The notes beneath the pieces are model-generated. The model made no database searches, was not told the origin of the DNA, and worked only from the letters and a program-made list of their open reading frames with translations. A program made the translations under genes and the position numbers. This document shows positions 63,301 through 64,000 of a DNA stretch of 64,000 nt, piece after piece (positions within the stretch are counted from its first letter, which is position 1; each line of letters begins with the position of its first letter). This stretch comes from an uncultured Candidatus Rokubacteria bacterium (GTDB lineage: Bacteria > Methylomirabilota > Methylomirabilia > Rokubacteriales > CSP1-6). The DNA lies in assembly GCA_963789955.1 (NCBI GenBank), contig CAWBMV010000022.1, positions 192,001-256,000 of the forward strand, written 5' to 3'.

Positions 63301-64000
63301 GCGACCGACGTGACCTGGTCGGCGAAGGTGGCGAGGGTGTCGATCATCGAGTTGATCGTGTCGGCCAGCTCGGCGATCTCGCCCTTGGCCTCGAGCGTGA
63401 GCTTGCGGCGGAGGTCGCCGTTGGCGACGGCGGTGACGACGCGCGCGATGCCGCGCACCTGACCGGTCAGGTTGCTGGCCATCGAGTTGACGTTGTCGGT
63501 GAGGTCCTTCCAGGTGCCGGCCACTTCCTTGACGTCGGCCTGGCCGCCGAGCTTGCCCTCGGTGCCGACCTCGCGCGCGACGCGCGTCACCTCGGCCGCG
63601 AACGAGCGGAGCTGGTCGACCATGCGGTTGACGGTGTCCTTGAGGTCGAGGATCTCGCCGCGGACGTCGACGCTGATCTTGCGCGAGAGGTCGCCGGCGG
63701 CGACGGCCTTGGTGACGTCGGCGATGTTGCGGACCTGGGTCGTCAGGTTACTGGCCATCGAGTTGACGTTGTCGGTGAGGTCCTTCCAGGTGCCGGCCAC
63801 GTCCTTGACGTCGGCCTGGCCGCCGAGCTTGCCCTCGGTGCCGACCTCGCGCGCGACGCGCGTCACCTCGGCCGCGAACGAGCGCAGCTGGTCGACCATG
63901 CGGTTGACGGTGTCCTTGAGGTCGAGGATCTCGCCGCGGACGTCGACGCGTGATCTTGCGCGACAGGTCGCCGGCGGCGACGGCCTTGGTGACGTCGGCG
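60301..64000 (-). CDS. Poly-HAMP hybrid histidine kinase with GAF, kinase and three REC domains (5' end outside window, frameshifted)
   Basis: Repeats of [19 protein letters not shown]...[25 protein letters not shown]; terminal [14 protein letters not shown]. Confidence 0.92.
63475..64000. repeat. 276-bp tandem repeats encoding HAMP pairs
   Basis: CTGGCCATCGAGTTGACGTTGTCGGTGAGGTCCTTCCAGG occurs at 63475 and 63751. Confidence 0.85.

Noticed and set aside
1..64000. Many frameshifted genes read as pseudogenes or programmed frameshifts
   Set aside because: Single-base shifts hit unrelated genes with intact motifs throughout the window; uncorrected long-read indels are the simplest explanation
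63200..64000. CRISPR-like regular repeats
   Set aside because: The repeats are in-frame 276-bp HAMP coding units with no spacers or cas genes

Overview
Very GC-rich bacterial chromosomal window with about 55 densely packed genes. Most are catabolic or transport genes: LLM oxidoreductases, amidohydrolases, RidA proteins, three family-5 ABC substrate-binding paralogs, MFS transporters and a Mo-hydroxylase large subunit. There are also four sensor kinases. The gene repertoire resembles Candidatus Rokubacteria (inference only). Single-base frameshifts interrupt well over a dozen otherwise intact genes, which points to an unpolished long-read assembly rather than mass pseudogenisation. No rRNA, tRNA or CRISPR array was seen. 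Main observations: (1) an AhpD/CMD-family gene split by an in-frame UGA and followed directly by a bacterial SECIS-like hairpin, a probable selenoprotein with an unusual SxxU motif; (2) a 12-26 kb candidate module made of a PhnD-like protein plus hybrid kinase behind a sigma54 promoter, a REC-pseudoREC-AraC regulator, a tauE plus divergent pyruvate carboxylase operon, and an ABC-NosL-like/SCO operon, with the last two operons sharing a 24-bp upstream motif; (3) a dispersed ~50-bp hairpin repeat with a compensatory base change and two long inverted-repeat elements; (4) several 'hollowed-out' genes that keep only their N- and C-termini.
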